Shown piece by piece: positions 1-8,454 of a stretch of 37,986 nucleotides of DNA. Numbering within the stretch: position 1 is the stretch's first letter; each line of letters begins with the position of its first letter. The DNA is taken from positions 8,032-46,017 of the forward strand of contig JALOBQ010000001.1 in assembly GCA_023228185.1 (NCBI GenBank). The letters run 5' to 3'. Source of the DNA: Candidatus Omnitrophota bacterium (GTDB lineage Bacteria; Omnitrophota; Gorgyraeia; Gygaellales; Profunditerraquicolaceae). A program made the translations under genes and the position numbers. The notes beneath the pieces were generated by a model, which saw nothing but the letters and a program-made list of their open reading frames with translations, had not been told where the DNA came from and ran no database searches.

Positions 1-377
1 CTTTGCGCTCCAATACCCGGCAACGATTTCAGAAAAACCAGGTCCCCCTGGTCGATCGCCTGGGCGATTAAAGAAATCGGTTTATCCAGCGCTTTTAACG
101 CCGCGCGCGGCCCAATGCCGGAAACCGTGATGAAAATCTCAAAAAAATCTTTTTCCACCTGATTCAAAAAACCAATCAAGATAGGAATACTTTTAGAAGG
201 TTCAACCTGATAATAATGAAACGCCACCAAACTGATTGCCCCATCCGCGCTGATCGCCGAATCAAGCCGCTGCATACAGCAAGAAGGGATCAACACGTCA
301 TAACAAAAAGCTCCAACTTCAATAGAGAGGCAATTTGTTTTCCTTTCAACAACTTTTCCGGAGATCCGTGAGATCAT
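1..377 (-). CDS. ruvA: Holliday junction helicase subunit RuvA, N-terminal ~125 codons (3' end lies beyond the window edge)
   Basis: Not in the ORF track because it runs off the window. Reverse-strand translation from ATG 377-375 gives MISRISGKVVERKTNCLSIEVGAFCYDVLIP...ITVSGIGPRAALKALDKPISLIAQAIDQGDLVFLKSLPGIGAQ. This is the RuvA OB-fold plus two helix-hairpin-helix motifs. ATGA start/stop overlap with ruvC; canonical yebC-ruvC-ruvA order. Confidence 0.85.
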   Translation of the reverse strand, partial: MISRISGKVVERKTNCLSIEVGAFCYDVLIPSCCMQRLDSAISADGAISLVAFHYYQVEPSKSIPILIGFLNQVEKDFFEIFITVSGIGPRAALKALDKPISLIAQAIDQGDLVFLKSLPGIGAQ

Positions 378-850
378 TTTTCACCAATATAACTGTGCGC
401 AATAGCCAAGCCCAAGGCGTCACTAACATCAAGCGGCTGAGGCAGCTCTTTAAGGTTTAAAACTTGAGCAACCATTCTTTGCACCTGCGATTTTGAAGCT
501 AAACCATTTCCTACAATCGCTTTCTTTACGCGCGTCGCTGCATACTCCACAAGCAATATATTTTTCGCCTGCGCTGCCAGGCAAATTACGCCGCGCGCCT
601 GTCCTAAAACAAAAGCCGTAGCCGGATGTTTATAATGAGAAAATATCTTTTCCAGCACCAGGCAATCCGGCTTGATATCTTCAATCAACTTAACCATCGC
701 CTGATAAATCTTATCCAACCGCTGAGCTGTCGGATATTTGCAAGAAGTTGAAATTATCCCGGCTTCAAGAAGCCCAAGTTTTACACCCGTTGTTTTTATC
801 GCTCCGAAACCCGTAACTGATAATGCCGGATCAACTCCTAAAATGATCAT
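374..850 (-). CDS. ruvC: Holliday junction resolvase RuvC
   Basis: 158 aa with typical RuvC length and N-terminus MIILGVDPALSVTGFGAI (catalytic Asp in GVDP). Overlaps the yebC stop by 4 nt and the ruvA start by 4 nt. Confidence 0.9.
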   Translation of the reverse strand: MIILGVDPALSVTGFGAIKTTGVKLGLLEAGIISTSCKYPTAQRLDKIYQAMVKLIEDIKPDCLVLEKIFSHYKHPATAFVLGQARGVICLAAQAKNILLVEYAATRVKKAIVGNGLASKSQVQRMVAQVLNLKELPQPLDVSDALGLAIAHSYIGEK

Positions 851-1602
851 TCTTCCGCTGCAATCTCCTTAAAAATCTCATCAGGGATATCAAAATTAGC
901 GTAAACCTGTTGCACATCGTCGTGCTCTTCCAGCGTGTCGATTAGCCCTAAAAGCTGCTTTGCCTGATTACCTTCTACTTTAATCGTCGATGAAGGGATC
1001 ATCGTTAATTCCGCGTCTGTCGTTTTTATTCCTTTATCGATCAAAGCTTGTTTGACTTTTTCAAAATCCTGCACAGAGGTGAATATTTCGAAATTTGTGT
1101 CATCATGTTTCATATCCTCGGCACCGGCATCTAAAACAACATTCATCAGGTCTTCTTCTTTAACCGAGCCCTTTTCAATGGAAAAATAGCCTTTTTTAGT
1201 GAAGATCCAGCCTACCGAACCTGCCCCAGCCATATTACCGCCGCGTTTTGACATAACATTACGCAACTCCGCAGTGGTGCGGTTTTTATTATCGGTAAGC
1301 GCTTCAACAAGTATTGCCACGCCACCTGGGCCATAGGCTTCATAAGTAACTGATTCATAGATAACTCCAGGCAGTTCACCGGTGCCTCTCTTAATCGCCA
1401 TCTTCACGTTATCCTGAGGCATATTCGCTTCTTTAGCTTTCTGCATGATCGCTCTTAAACGTGAATTTGTGTCCGGGTTCCCGCCACCGTCACGAGCGAC
1501 AACAGTAAGCTCTTTAATAATTTTTGTGTAAGTAGCGCCTTTTTTAGCATCAGCGATACCTTTTTTCCCTTTGTTCGTCTTCCATTTTGAATGACCTGAC
1601 AT
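847..1602 (-). CDS. yebC: YebC/PmpR family DNA-binding regulator
   Basis: N-terminus MSGHSKWKTNKGKKG...AKKG is the YebC signature; ~250 aa. The ORF track begins at GTG 1605, but ATG 1602 sits 5 nt after a GAGGAGG Shine-Dalgarno (plus 1609-1615), so I prefer 1602. Confidence 0.9.
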   Translation of the reverse strand: MSGHSKWKTNKGKKGIADAKKGATYTKIIKELTVVARDGGGNPDTNSRLRAIMQKAKEANMPQDNVKMAIKRGTGELPGVIYESVTYEAYGPGGVAILVEALTDNKNRTTAELRNVMSKRGGNMAGAGSVGWIFTKKGYFSIEKGSVKEEDLMNVVLDAGAEDMKHDDTNFEIFTSVQDFEKVKQALIDKGIKTTDAELTMIPSSTIKVEGNQAKQLLGLIDTLEEHDDVQQVYANFDIPDEIFKEIAAEE

Positions 1603-1740
1603 CACAGCCTCCTCTTAATACCTTAACGGTTTACAAAGCCCTATTTTAAGTTAGGGTAAACAAAAAACGCTTTAATTAACCTGAACGAGCTTTAAGATTT
1701 TGCCCTAAATAAATCGATCGGGTTAATTATTAATTTTAAA

Positions 1741-2114
1741 CGCAGGCAGAATAAGCCGGGTTCTGTCTTGATGTGATTATCCACATCGATTAGTGGCTAT
1801 TCCTCTCAACCGCTTTATTACTAAAACGGCTTTAGCAGCCTACCCTCTTGCCCAGCCATAGAATTGCTTCTATAAAGATTCAGGCGGATCACCTTTATGC
1901 CGCATTGCTGCAGCCTGGGTAAGGATTTTACGCTTTGCTCCGCGTAGAGATTGCCTCGTTTCACCTCCGCCTAAATAAACAGCGGAACTCGTCTCTGTGG
2001 CTCTGGATCCGTGCGTTTTTTTAAAAAACGCAGATGGGTATTACCCATTACGCTATCCTCCGGAGCCCGGACTTTCCTCCCCGATATTATCAGGGCAGCC
2101 ACATTCTGCCTGCG
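1741..2114 (-). ncRNA. rnpB: RNase P RNA, bacterial type A (M1 RNA)
   Basis: The minus strand carries the universal P4 5' strand GGAGGAAAGUCCGGGCUCC (plus 2062-2080), GGGUAGGCUGCU, and the P4 3' strand ACAGAACCCGGCUUA (plus ~1753-1768). A 12-bp closing helix pairs 5' CGCAGGCAGAAU (2113-2102) with AUUCUGCCUGCG (1752-1741). The ~374-nt length is typical. Ends are +/- a few nt. Confidence 0.85.
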
Positions 2115-2526
2115 CGTTATCAAAGATTACTTCTTTTTTACAGCCTTTTGTCGCTAACTTATCCGCGCCCACGTTATTTTCACGCGGTATATTATTAATC
2201 ACAACTTTCTTAAACGCCGAGATCAACCTTTTTGCCCTTAAAAAAAGCCCTTTAATATTCTCGTTCTTAACTTTATAAACTCCGTTTAACTGCCTGGCAA
2301 GTAACTGGCTATCCGTGTTAATCGTTAAACTGTCGGCCTTTAAGATCAAAGATTCCTCTAAAGCGTATATCAAAGCCGTATATTCGGCGACATTATTAGT
2401 GGCGATTCCGATATTACTGGAAATATTCTTGATCGTTCTTCCCTGACAGCTCACAACAATCCCCACTCCGCTTGGCCCAGGATTACCTTTTGAGGCGCCG
2501 TCTATAAAAATATCTAAATGTTTCAT
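2053..2526 (-). CDS. rnhA: RNase HI-type ribonuclease H (RNase H / RVT_3-like fold)
   Basis: MKHLDIFIDGASKGNPGPSGVG..NNVAEYTALIYAL..INTDSQLL..NVGADKLA gives the D-E-D-D catalytic pattern. I prefer ATG 2526, which forms an ATGA overlap with the upstream stop, over the ORF-track start at 2553. The last 20 codons overlap rnpB (see findings). Confidence 0.75.
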   Translation of the reverse strand: MKHLDIFIDGASKGNPGPSGVGIVVSCQGRTIKNISSNIGIATNNVAEYTALIYALEESLILKADSLTINTDSQLLARQLNGVYKVKNENIKGLFLRAKRLISAFKKVVINNIPRENNVGADKLATKGCKKEVIFDNAQAECGCPDNIGEESPGSGG

Positions 2527-3239
2527 TCTTGAATATAAAGAATGCGGTTGCAAACCTCACAAGTAATTATCTGTTCATACATTTTGATCGAGTTTATCAC
2601 TTGAGGAGGCACAAGCATGTGGCAGCCGCCGCAAGAATTATCCTTAACACTGACAATCGCCAGCCCGTCACGGCTTTGCAAAATTCTTTCATACTGTGAT
2701 AACATCTTGGCAGTAACAGCCTCGACAGCCTGTTTCCTCTGGCTATTCAAAACGCTCAAGCGGTCATTAATTTCTTTTACCCGCAGGTCAACTTTATTCT
2801 TCTCTTCAGAAGAAAGTTTCTCCTCTTGTTGAAGTTTTAGATTTTCATTTTCAACTTCTTTGTTTAATTTATCGGTTTCATCGAAAAGCACTAATATTTT
2901 TTCTTCAATTACCGAAGAGTCTGCTTTGGCATCCTGGATCTGCTTAAGCATCACCTGAAATTCTTTATTCGTTTTCAAAGAATAAAGCTGGCCTTGAAGT
3001 TTTTTAATCGATTCTTCATTAGTGCCCAGCTCAAGTTCTCTTTCTTTGCGTGATTTTTGTAAATCAAGCAATTTCTGCTGCAAATAAGCCAGATTCTTTT
3101 TTTTATCCTCAAAAGCTTTCTGAATAGCTTCCAAGGCAAGAGGTTTAGCAGCTAACTCATTCTTTAAAGAATAAATTTCGCTATCAACCTTCTGTAAAGA
3201 AACCAAAGCCACCATTTGCGATTTAAGATTATCTATCAA
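2523..3239 (-). CDS. COG1579/DUF164-type coiled-coil protein with C-terminal C4 zinc ribbon (HP0958-like)
   Basis: 238 aa. A long heptad-rich coiled coil is followed by CGGCHMLVPPQ...CEVCNRILY (CxxC...CxxC). TTG start at 3239 sits 5 nt after GAGAGGAG. Confidence 0.7.
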   Translation of the reverse strand: MIDNLKSQMVALVSLQKVDSEIYSLKNELAAKPLALEAIQKAFEDKKKNLAYLQQKLLDLQKSRKERELELGTNEESIKKLQGQLYSLKTNKEFQVMLKQIQDAKADSSVIEEKILVLFDETDKLNKEVENENLKLQQEEKLSSEEKNKVDLRVKEINDRLSVLNSQRKQAVEAVTAKMLSQYERILQSRDGLAIVSVKDNSCGGCHMLVPPQVINSIKMYEQIITCEVCNRILYIQE

Positions 3240-3263
3240 TTAATTCTCCTCTCAGTTTCATTC

Positions 3264-3340
3264 TGGTGGGCGCAATAGGACTCGAACCTACGACTTCTAC
3301 AATGTGAATGTAGCGCTCTAACCAACTGAGCTATGCGCCC
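3264..3340 (-). tRNA. tRNA-Val (anticodon CAC), CCA encoded
   Basis: Minus strand: GGGCGCATAGCTCAGTTGGTTAGAGCGCTACATTCACATTGTAGAAGTCGTAGGTTCGAGTCCTATTGCGCCCACCA. Full cloverleaf with 7-bp acceptor, anticodon loop TTCACAT, and T-loop TTCGAGT. Confidence 0.93.
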
Positions 3341-3351
3341 GCAATATATTC

Positions 3352-3423
3352 TGGGCCCAGGAGGGTTCGAACCTACGACCAAGAGATTATGAGTCTCCTG
3401 CTCTACCACTGAGCTATGGGCCC
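3352..3423 (-). tRNA. tRNA with CAT anticodon, most like tRNA-Ile2 (lysidine type); elongator tRNA-Met not excluded. CCA not encoded
   Basis: Minus strand: GGGCCCATAGCTCAGTGGTAGAGCAGGAGACTCATAATCTCTTGGTCGTAGGTTCGAACCCTCCTGGGCCCA. The D and anticodon arms are close to E. coli ileX (AGCAGGCGACTCATAATCGCTTGGTC). C4-G69, C5-G68 and G27-U43 are present. There is no initiator signature. One U50-C64 mismatch in the T stem. Confidence 0.85.
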
Positions 3424-3529
3424 AAAAAAAAATAAACGAATTCTTAACCTAAAACCATATCCGGCAAAGCTTTGCTGAAAGATTTATCAGTTTAAACCTT
3501 GATTATGGCTAAACTCCAATAAAGGTAGT

Positions 3530-3558
3530 ATTTTAACATATTGTTACTGGCCGGGCAA
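3530..3558 (-). promoter_or_regulatory. Candidate sigma70-type promoter upstream of the tRNA pair (TTGCCC-N17-TAAAAT)
   Basis: The minus strand reads TTGCCC (3558-3553), a 17-nt spacer, then TAAAAT (3535-3530). It lies 17 nt after the stop of the PAS/GGDEF gene. By-eye match only. Confidence 0.3.
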
Positions 3559-3574
3559 GATAAAATTTAGGAAA

Positions 3575-6500
3575 TTAAGCTTTGCGGGGGTGCTTCTTTT
3601 CTTTCTTCATTACCTTGATAAAAACATTTACAATGCGTGGGTCAAATTGGGTTCCGGCGCCATTCTTGATAATCGCCATCGCTTCCTTTTTAGAAAAAGC
3701 TCTATGATACGGCCGGTCACTGCTCAAAGCCTGATAAACATCGGCTATCGCGATGACCCTGGCACCCATCGGAATATCGTCCCCTTTGATACCGGCAGGA
3801 TAACCTTTGCCATCCCAGCGTTCATGATGGTAAAAAATAAACGGGATGATCCCGTGCAAGAAACGAATCGGACGGATAATATCAGCGCCAATCTGCGGAT
3901 GTTTTCTAATTTCTTCAAATTCAAGTTTATTCAGTTTGCCTTTTTTAAGCAGTATATTCTCACTCACGCCGATCTTTCCTAAGTCATGCAACATCGCCGC
4001 CTGCTGAATCGCTTCCAACTCATCTTTAGGCAGGCCTAAACCTTTAGCTATCTCTGAAGCAAAATGCACCGTCTTTTCCACGTGTTCACCGGTATAATGA
4101 TCCTTTAACTCCAGTGCTTTGGCAAAAGCAAAAATGGATTCCATAGAATCCTGGTTAGTTTTTCTGGTTAATTTATCGATTTTATTTTTAAGCAGGTTTA
4201 CGCTGGCTAATTTACTTTTAGAAATTTTACCGATACGAAAACGTTTTTTCATATCCGCCGAAGAATAAGCGCGGTTACCGCCGCTTTCTTTGGCTTTAGT
4301 CATAATCTGTTCGGCCAAATTAATCAGGTCCATGCCTTTGCCGGCTTTGTCGTCAGGAAATGAAACCACTCCCAAACTTAATTTTAACTTAACCTGATGC
4401 TCTTTGTTGCCAAAATTAAGAAAGCTTAAAGTTTCTAACAGCCTTTGCGCCAGGTTAAGGGCCTGTTGAGATGAGATACCGGGAGAAATAATCAGAAATT
4501 CCTCGCCGCTATAACGGATTACAATATCATATTTACGCAACATGCGTTTAAGCTCACTGGCAAATTGTTTAAGCACCAAATCGCCAAATGAAATTCCGTA
4601 AAGGTCATTAATTGATTTAAAATAATCTATATCTAAAAGGATGACCGACAAAGGATGGGCGTACCTGCGCGAGCGCTGGAATTCCGCTTCTGCCGCCTGT
4701 TGCAGGTAATTATGGTTAAAAAGTCCGGTATGCTGGTCAATCAGAGAAACTTGCTTTAACTTATCATTAGATTTTAATAATTCCTGATTCAACTTTTCCC
4801 GTTGTTGTTCAATCGCTTTGCGTTCGGTGATATCTTCACCGGAACTGATTAAATAAATCACTTTACCGTTATCGTCAAATAAAAGGCTGTTGTGCCAGGC
4901 AATCAGCCTTTTCTTGCCGTTAGCCGTTAACACGGGATTCTCATTATATTCGAAATCAGCCAGTTCTCCCTGCATTATTTTGCGCATGAAACTTTTTAAA
5001 GCTTTACGGTTATTTTCCGGTATAAAATTATCAACCCAAAGTTTTCCGATAACATATTCCTGCTTATAACCGAGTACCTCGCAGCCTTTACGGTTAATTA
5101 GCGTTACTTCGCCATTAGTATTAATCAATAGAAAAATTACTCCGGCGACTTCCAAATATTTTTTTGTCCTTTCCGCCTCAAAACGCAAAACTGATTCTAT
5201 AAACCTGCGGCCGGAAATATCTTCCATACAACCAAGCATACGATAAGGATTATCGTTAGCATCGATAAGAAATGTCCCGCGGTCACGTATATAAATATAG
5301 GAACCGTCTTTTTTTTGAAAACGGTATTCTGTTTCGAACAATTTTTTCGCGCGAACCGCCACGGTTAATTCATCAGCCGACGACTTACGGTCATCCGGAT
5401 GGATCATCCCCTCCCAGCGTTTGATATCCACGCCGGCGAACTCTTCAAAAGTATAGCCGGTAATATCCTTAATCGGGCCTGACCAGAGTATCTTTCCGCT
5501 ATTTATATCCCAATCATAAATAAGTTGGCCCGTCTGTTCAGTACTAATCCTGTAGCGTTCTTCCGCGGATTTAATTTTATCTTCCGTCCATTTTTTCTCC
5601 GTGATATCGCGCACATATTCGATCACACCGCTAAGCTGATTAGTTTTTTCATCGAACATCGGATAGCTGTAAAGTTCAAAAAAACCGATTTGCTTGCCAT
5701 CCTTATTATGCCGGGGGATAATCTCGGCAGCAGCTTTATGAGTCTTTAAAGTTTCTAATACAGAACAAACCTCGCAAGGCGCCTGCCGGTTATGATAAGC
5801 AAGAAAACATTTTTTTCCTTCCAAAGGCTTATTGTATTTAAACCATTCATTCATCACGGGGTTAACGCGCAAAACATTCATCTCCGTGTCCAAAACACCG
5901 ATCCCATCCTGAATACTAGAAAAAACATTCGCTAAAAAACGCTCACTGTTTATCAGATCAGTCTCTATCTTTTGTTTATCCGTAACGTCATTAGCTAAGA
6001 TCAAATCCGCGCGTTTTCCCTGAAACTCCATCTTATGCGAGATAATATCGGCATAAAATACCGAACCGTCTTTTTTTACCTGCCTCCATACGCCAGAACG
6101 GTCAATACCATCGGTCAATTGGCTGACCGCTTTATGGACTGCCGGAATATCTTCTTTCAAACAAAGGTCAATAAGTGTCATCTGCAGGAATTCTTCCTGG
6201 CTATATCCATAATATTTAATCGCGGCTTCATTTACCGCCAAAAATCTTAAATTTTCAAGGTCATAAACCCCCATCGGCAGAGGGTTACTGTCAAAAAGAA
6301 GCCGGTAATGCTGGCTAGCCTCAAGTAATTTATGCTCAGTACTTTTATGGGCTTTTATTTCTTTAAGCAAATCATCATTACTTCTGGTAAGCTCAGCAGT
6401 GCGCACTTTTACCCTGATTTCCAGTTCTGAACGCACTTCACGCAGCCTTTCTTCATTTTTCTTGCGTTCGGTAATATCCCGGGCAATCCCGGCAGTGCCG

Positions 6501-6901
6501 ATAACCTCTCCGGCATCGTTTAATACCGGCCCTTTGATTGTTTCAATAACTATAGAATTTCCATTTTTATCCGAAAGGCGTTCTTCGAAAGATAAACGCT
6601 TAGCCGCACGCAAAACTTCCTGATCATCAAGCTGGTATTTTTTAGCCAACTCTTTCGGGCAAATATCAAAATCCGTCTTACCGATAATTGATTCAGCGCT
6701 TAAACCGAAGAATTTTACGAATGCTTCATTGACCGCGATAAACCTTGACTCTTTATCTTTCAGCCAGGCAATATCGGGGATATTGTTAAGAATTGCGGCT
6801 TGTTGCAGTTGGGCGCTGCGCAGCTTTTTATAAACTAAATTATCAATGGAAAAATCCTGCGGATTTTTTTTTAATAATTCATTTTGCTTAGTTTTACTCA
6901 T
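3575..6901 (-). CDS. Multi-PAS sensor with GGDEF (SGEEF) and HD-GYP domains: c-di-GMP synthesis/hydrolysis hybrid
   Basis: 1108 aa with about five PAS/PAC modules, whose ends are marked by DITERK, DVTDKQK, RDITEKK, EDISGRR and EDITERK. GGDEF domain at aa ~720-880 with signature SGEEF (798-802) and an RKYD I-site five residues upstream. C-terminal HD-GYP domain (HDLGKIGV ... HHERWDGKGYP). Confidence 0.85.
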   Translation of the reverse strand: MSKTKQNELLKKNPQDFSIDNLVYKKLRSAQLQQAAILNNIPDIAWLKDKESRFIAVNEAFVKFFGLSAESIIGKTDFDICPKELAKKYQLDDQEVLRAAKRLSFEERLSDKNGNSIVIETIKGPVLNDAGEVIGTAGIARDITERKKNEERLREVRSELEIRVKVRTAELTRSNDDLLKEIKAHKSTEHKLLEASQHYRLLFDSNPLPMGVYDLENLRFLAVNEAAIKYYGYSQEEFLQMTLIDLCLKEDIPAVHKAVSQLTDGIDRSGVWRQVKKDGSVFYADIISHKMEFQGKRADLILANDVTDKQKIETDLINSERFLANVFSSIQDGIGVLDTEMNVLRVNPVMNEWFKYNKPLEGKKCFLAYHNRQAPCEVCSVLETLKTHKAAAEIIPRHNKDGKQIGFFELYSYPMFDEKTNQLSGVIEYVRDITEKKWTEDKIKSAEERYRISTEQTGQLIYDWDINSGKILWSGPIKDITGYTFEEFAGVDIKRWEGMIHPDDRKSSADELTVAVRAKKLFETEYRFQKKDGSYIYIRDRGTFLIDANDNPYRMLGCMEDISGRRFIESVLRFEAERTKKYLEVAGVIFLLINTNGEVTLINRKGCEVLGYKQEYVIGKLWVDNFIPENNRKALKSFMRKIMQGELADFEYNENPVLTANGKKRLIAWHNSLLFDDNGKVIYLISSGEDITERKAIEQQREKLNQELLKSNDKLKQVSLIDQHTGLFNHNYLQQAAEAEFQRSRRYAHPLSVILLDIDYFKSINDLYGISFGDLVLKQFASELKRMLRKYDIVIRYSGEEFLIISPGISSQQALNLAQRLLETLSFLNFGNKEHQVKLKLSLGVVSFPDDKAGKGMDLINLAEQIMTKAKESGGNRAYSSADMKKRFRIGKISKSKLASVNLLKNKIDKLTRKTNQDSMESIFAFAKALELKDHYTGEHVEKTVHFASEIAKGLGLPKDELEAIQQAAMLHDLGKIGVSENILLKKGKLNKLEFEEIRKHPQIGADIIRPIRFLHGIIPFIFYHHERWDGKGYPAGIKGDDIPMGARVIAIADVYQALSSDRPYHRAFSKKEAMAIIKNGAGTQFDPRIVNVFIKVMKKEKKHPRKA

Positions 6902-6915
6902 TCGTTTTTTAAAAA

Positions 6916-8448
6916 TTAGTATTCCCTCTGGTGCGCCAACGTCATATCCATAAAAGTACGTAGTTTTCTTGAACGCGAAGGATGCCTTAGTTTTTTGAGC
7001 GCCTTGGCTTCAATCTGGCGCACGCGTTCACGGGTAACTTTAAAAACATTACCTACCTCTTCTAATGTACGCGGGCAACCGTCATTAATCCCAAAACGCA
7101 GGACGAGGATTTTTTTCTCCCGGTCAGTAAGGGTGCCTAAAGCTGAATTCATCTCATCCTTAAGCATAGAACGCACTGTTTCATTAGCCGGAGAAACAGC
7201 TTTTTTATCCTGAATAAAATCGCCAAAATGCGTATCGCCTTCATCCCCGATAGGCATCTGTAAAGAAATCGGTTCCTGGGCGATTTTCAGTATCGACTTG
7301 ATCTTATCCTGCGGAAAACGCATTTTATGCGCAATCTCTTCAGGCGTTGGCTCACGGCCGTTTTCCTGCACGAAAACTCTTGAGAAACGGATAATTTTAT
7401 TGATTGTTTCGGTCATATGCACGGGGATCCTGATTGTCCTCGCTTGATCGGCGATCGAACGGGTTATTGCCTGCCGGATCCACCAAGTAGCATACGTAGA
7501 GAATTTATATCCTCTCTTATATTCAAATTTCTCCACCGCGCGCATCAAGCCAATATTGCCTTCCTGAATCAGGTCCAGAAAGCTTAAACCGCGATTAGTA
7601 TATTTTTTAGCGATACTTACCACAAGCCGCAGGTTTGCCTCGACTAATTTTTTCTTGGTGCGGTTAAACTTTAAATGCGCGGATTTCACCGCTTTCATCT
7701 GTTCTTTGATCTTTAAGTAAGATTCATTAAGTTCTTTCAATATCTCGCGTTTCCTGGCGTTATGCTTGCCTGAACGCTTAATTGTTTCCAACTCCTTAAG
7801 CAAACTAACCAGTTTACGCACTGCCACTTCAATTACGCTAGTCGTGAAATTCAATTGCAGCATAAGATTGATACTGTTATTTTCACTGCGCGAACGCTTA
7901 ATACGTAAAGTAATACGTTTAAACCTGCTCAAAACATTATTCTTATTAATCTTAATATCTTCTTTAACCATATCTTCCAGGTTCAGGTTACCCTGGATGA
8001 TCTCCTGGCCTACTTTCATAATTTCGTTGCGCGCGAATTTAATCAACAAGATTGACCGCTTAAACCGGTCTTCAGCTTCTTCGATTTTTTTAGCCAAGTC
8101 AATTTCACTTTCCCGGCTGAGCAATGAAATTGAGCCCATTTGTTTTAAATACATCTTCACCGGGTCATCCAAAGGCATAAAACGTTCTTCACTTTTAAGC
8201 TGCTCATTAAGCATCTCTTCGCGCTGTAAAAGCGCCTGCTTCTCCTGCTGCCTTTCATCTTCGGCTTCGACTACCTGAATATCTTCATTGCCAAGCAACT
8301 CAAATAAATGGTCAATCGCCTCAGAAGAAGACAGATCTTCCGGTAGGAATTCATTAACCTCATCATAAGTCAAGAACCCTTTTTGTTTACCTAAAGCGAT
8401 TAACTTTTCCATTTCCTTGTCTTTATTGATACTTTCCCGCTTACTCAT
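6916..8448 (-). CDS. rpoD: Primary RNA polymerase sigma factor (sigma-70/RpoD)
   Basis: 510 aa. Region 2: [27 protein letters not shown]. Region 4.2: [30 protein letters not shown]. Acidic region 1 at the N-terminus. Lies directly downstream of dnaG. Confidence 0.93.
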   Translation of the reverse strand: MSKRESINKDKEMEKLIALGKQKGFLTYDEVNEFLPEDLSSSEAIDHLFELLGNEDIQVVEAEDERQQEKQALLQREEMLNEQLKSEERFMPLDDPVKMYLKQMGSISLLSRESEIDLAKKIEEAEDRFKRSILLIKFARNEIMKVGQEIIQGNLNLEDMVKEDIKINKNNVLSRFKRITLRIKRSRSENNSINLMLQLNFTTSVIEVAVRKLVSLLKELETIKRSGKHNARKREILKELNESYLKIKEQMKAVKSAHLKFNRTKKKLVEANLRLVVSIAKKYTNRGLSFLDLIQEGNIGLMRAVEKFEYKRGYKFSTYATWWIRQAITRSIADQARTIRIPVHMTETINKIIRFSRVFVQENGREPTPEEIAHKMRFPQDKIKSILKIAQEPISLQMPIGDEGDTHFGDFIQDKKAVSPANETVRSMLKDEMNSALGTLTDREKKILVLRFGINDGCPRTLEEVGNVFKVTRERVRQIEAKALKKLRHPSRSRKLRTFMDMTLAHQREY

Positions 8449-8454
8449 CTGAAT

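Noticed and set aside
1650-1740. AGGGCAAAA in the rnpB-yebC spacer resembles the start of a GEMM-I c-di-GMP riboswitch.
   Set aside because: The second conserved half (GGACGCAAAGCC-like) and the P1/P2 helices are absent. Only a weak CCCUA/UAGGG hairpin is present.
2527-2553. Longer N-terminal extensions offered by the ORF track: rnhA from 2553, dnaK from 29307, yebC from GTG 1605, ugd from TTG 16203.
   Set aside because: In each case a downstream ATG has a properly spaced Shine-Dalgarno or forms an ATGA coupling overlap, and the conserved protein N-terminus begins there.
3424-3529. ~100-nt region upstream of tRNA(CAU) with a GCAAAGCTTTGC palindrome and a T8 run; considered as an sRNA or extra tRNA.
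   Set aside because: No tRNA cloverleaf or known RNA-family motif could be recognised. It is most simply a leader of the tRNA transcript.
6864-6872. A9 homopolymer in codons 10-13 of the PAS-GGDEF-HD-GYP gene; considered as a phase-variation tract.
   Set aside because: Lys/Asn-rich AT-biased coding here produces several A7-A9 runs (for example A8 in dnaJ at 27166-27173). Without population read data there is no evidence for slippage.
7766-8278. Long plus-strand ORFs: 7766-8278 (170 aa), 15722-16174, 19457-19927, 26916-27374, 29328-29768 and the other plus-strand entries in the track.
   Set aside because: Each lies antisense within a well-supported minus-strand gene. They have low-complexity, Ser/Leu/Ile-rich translations with no recognisable motifs, RBS or promoters. 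These are typical shadow ORFs.
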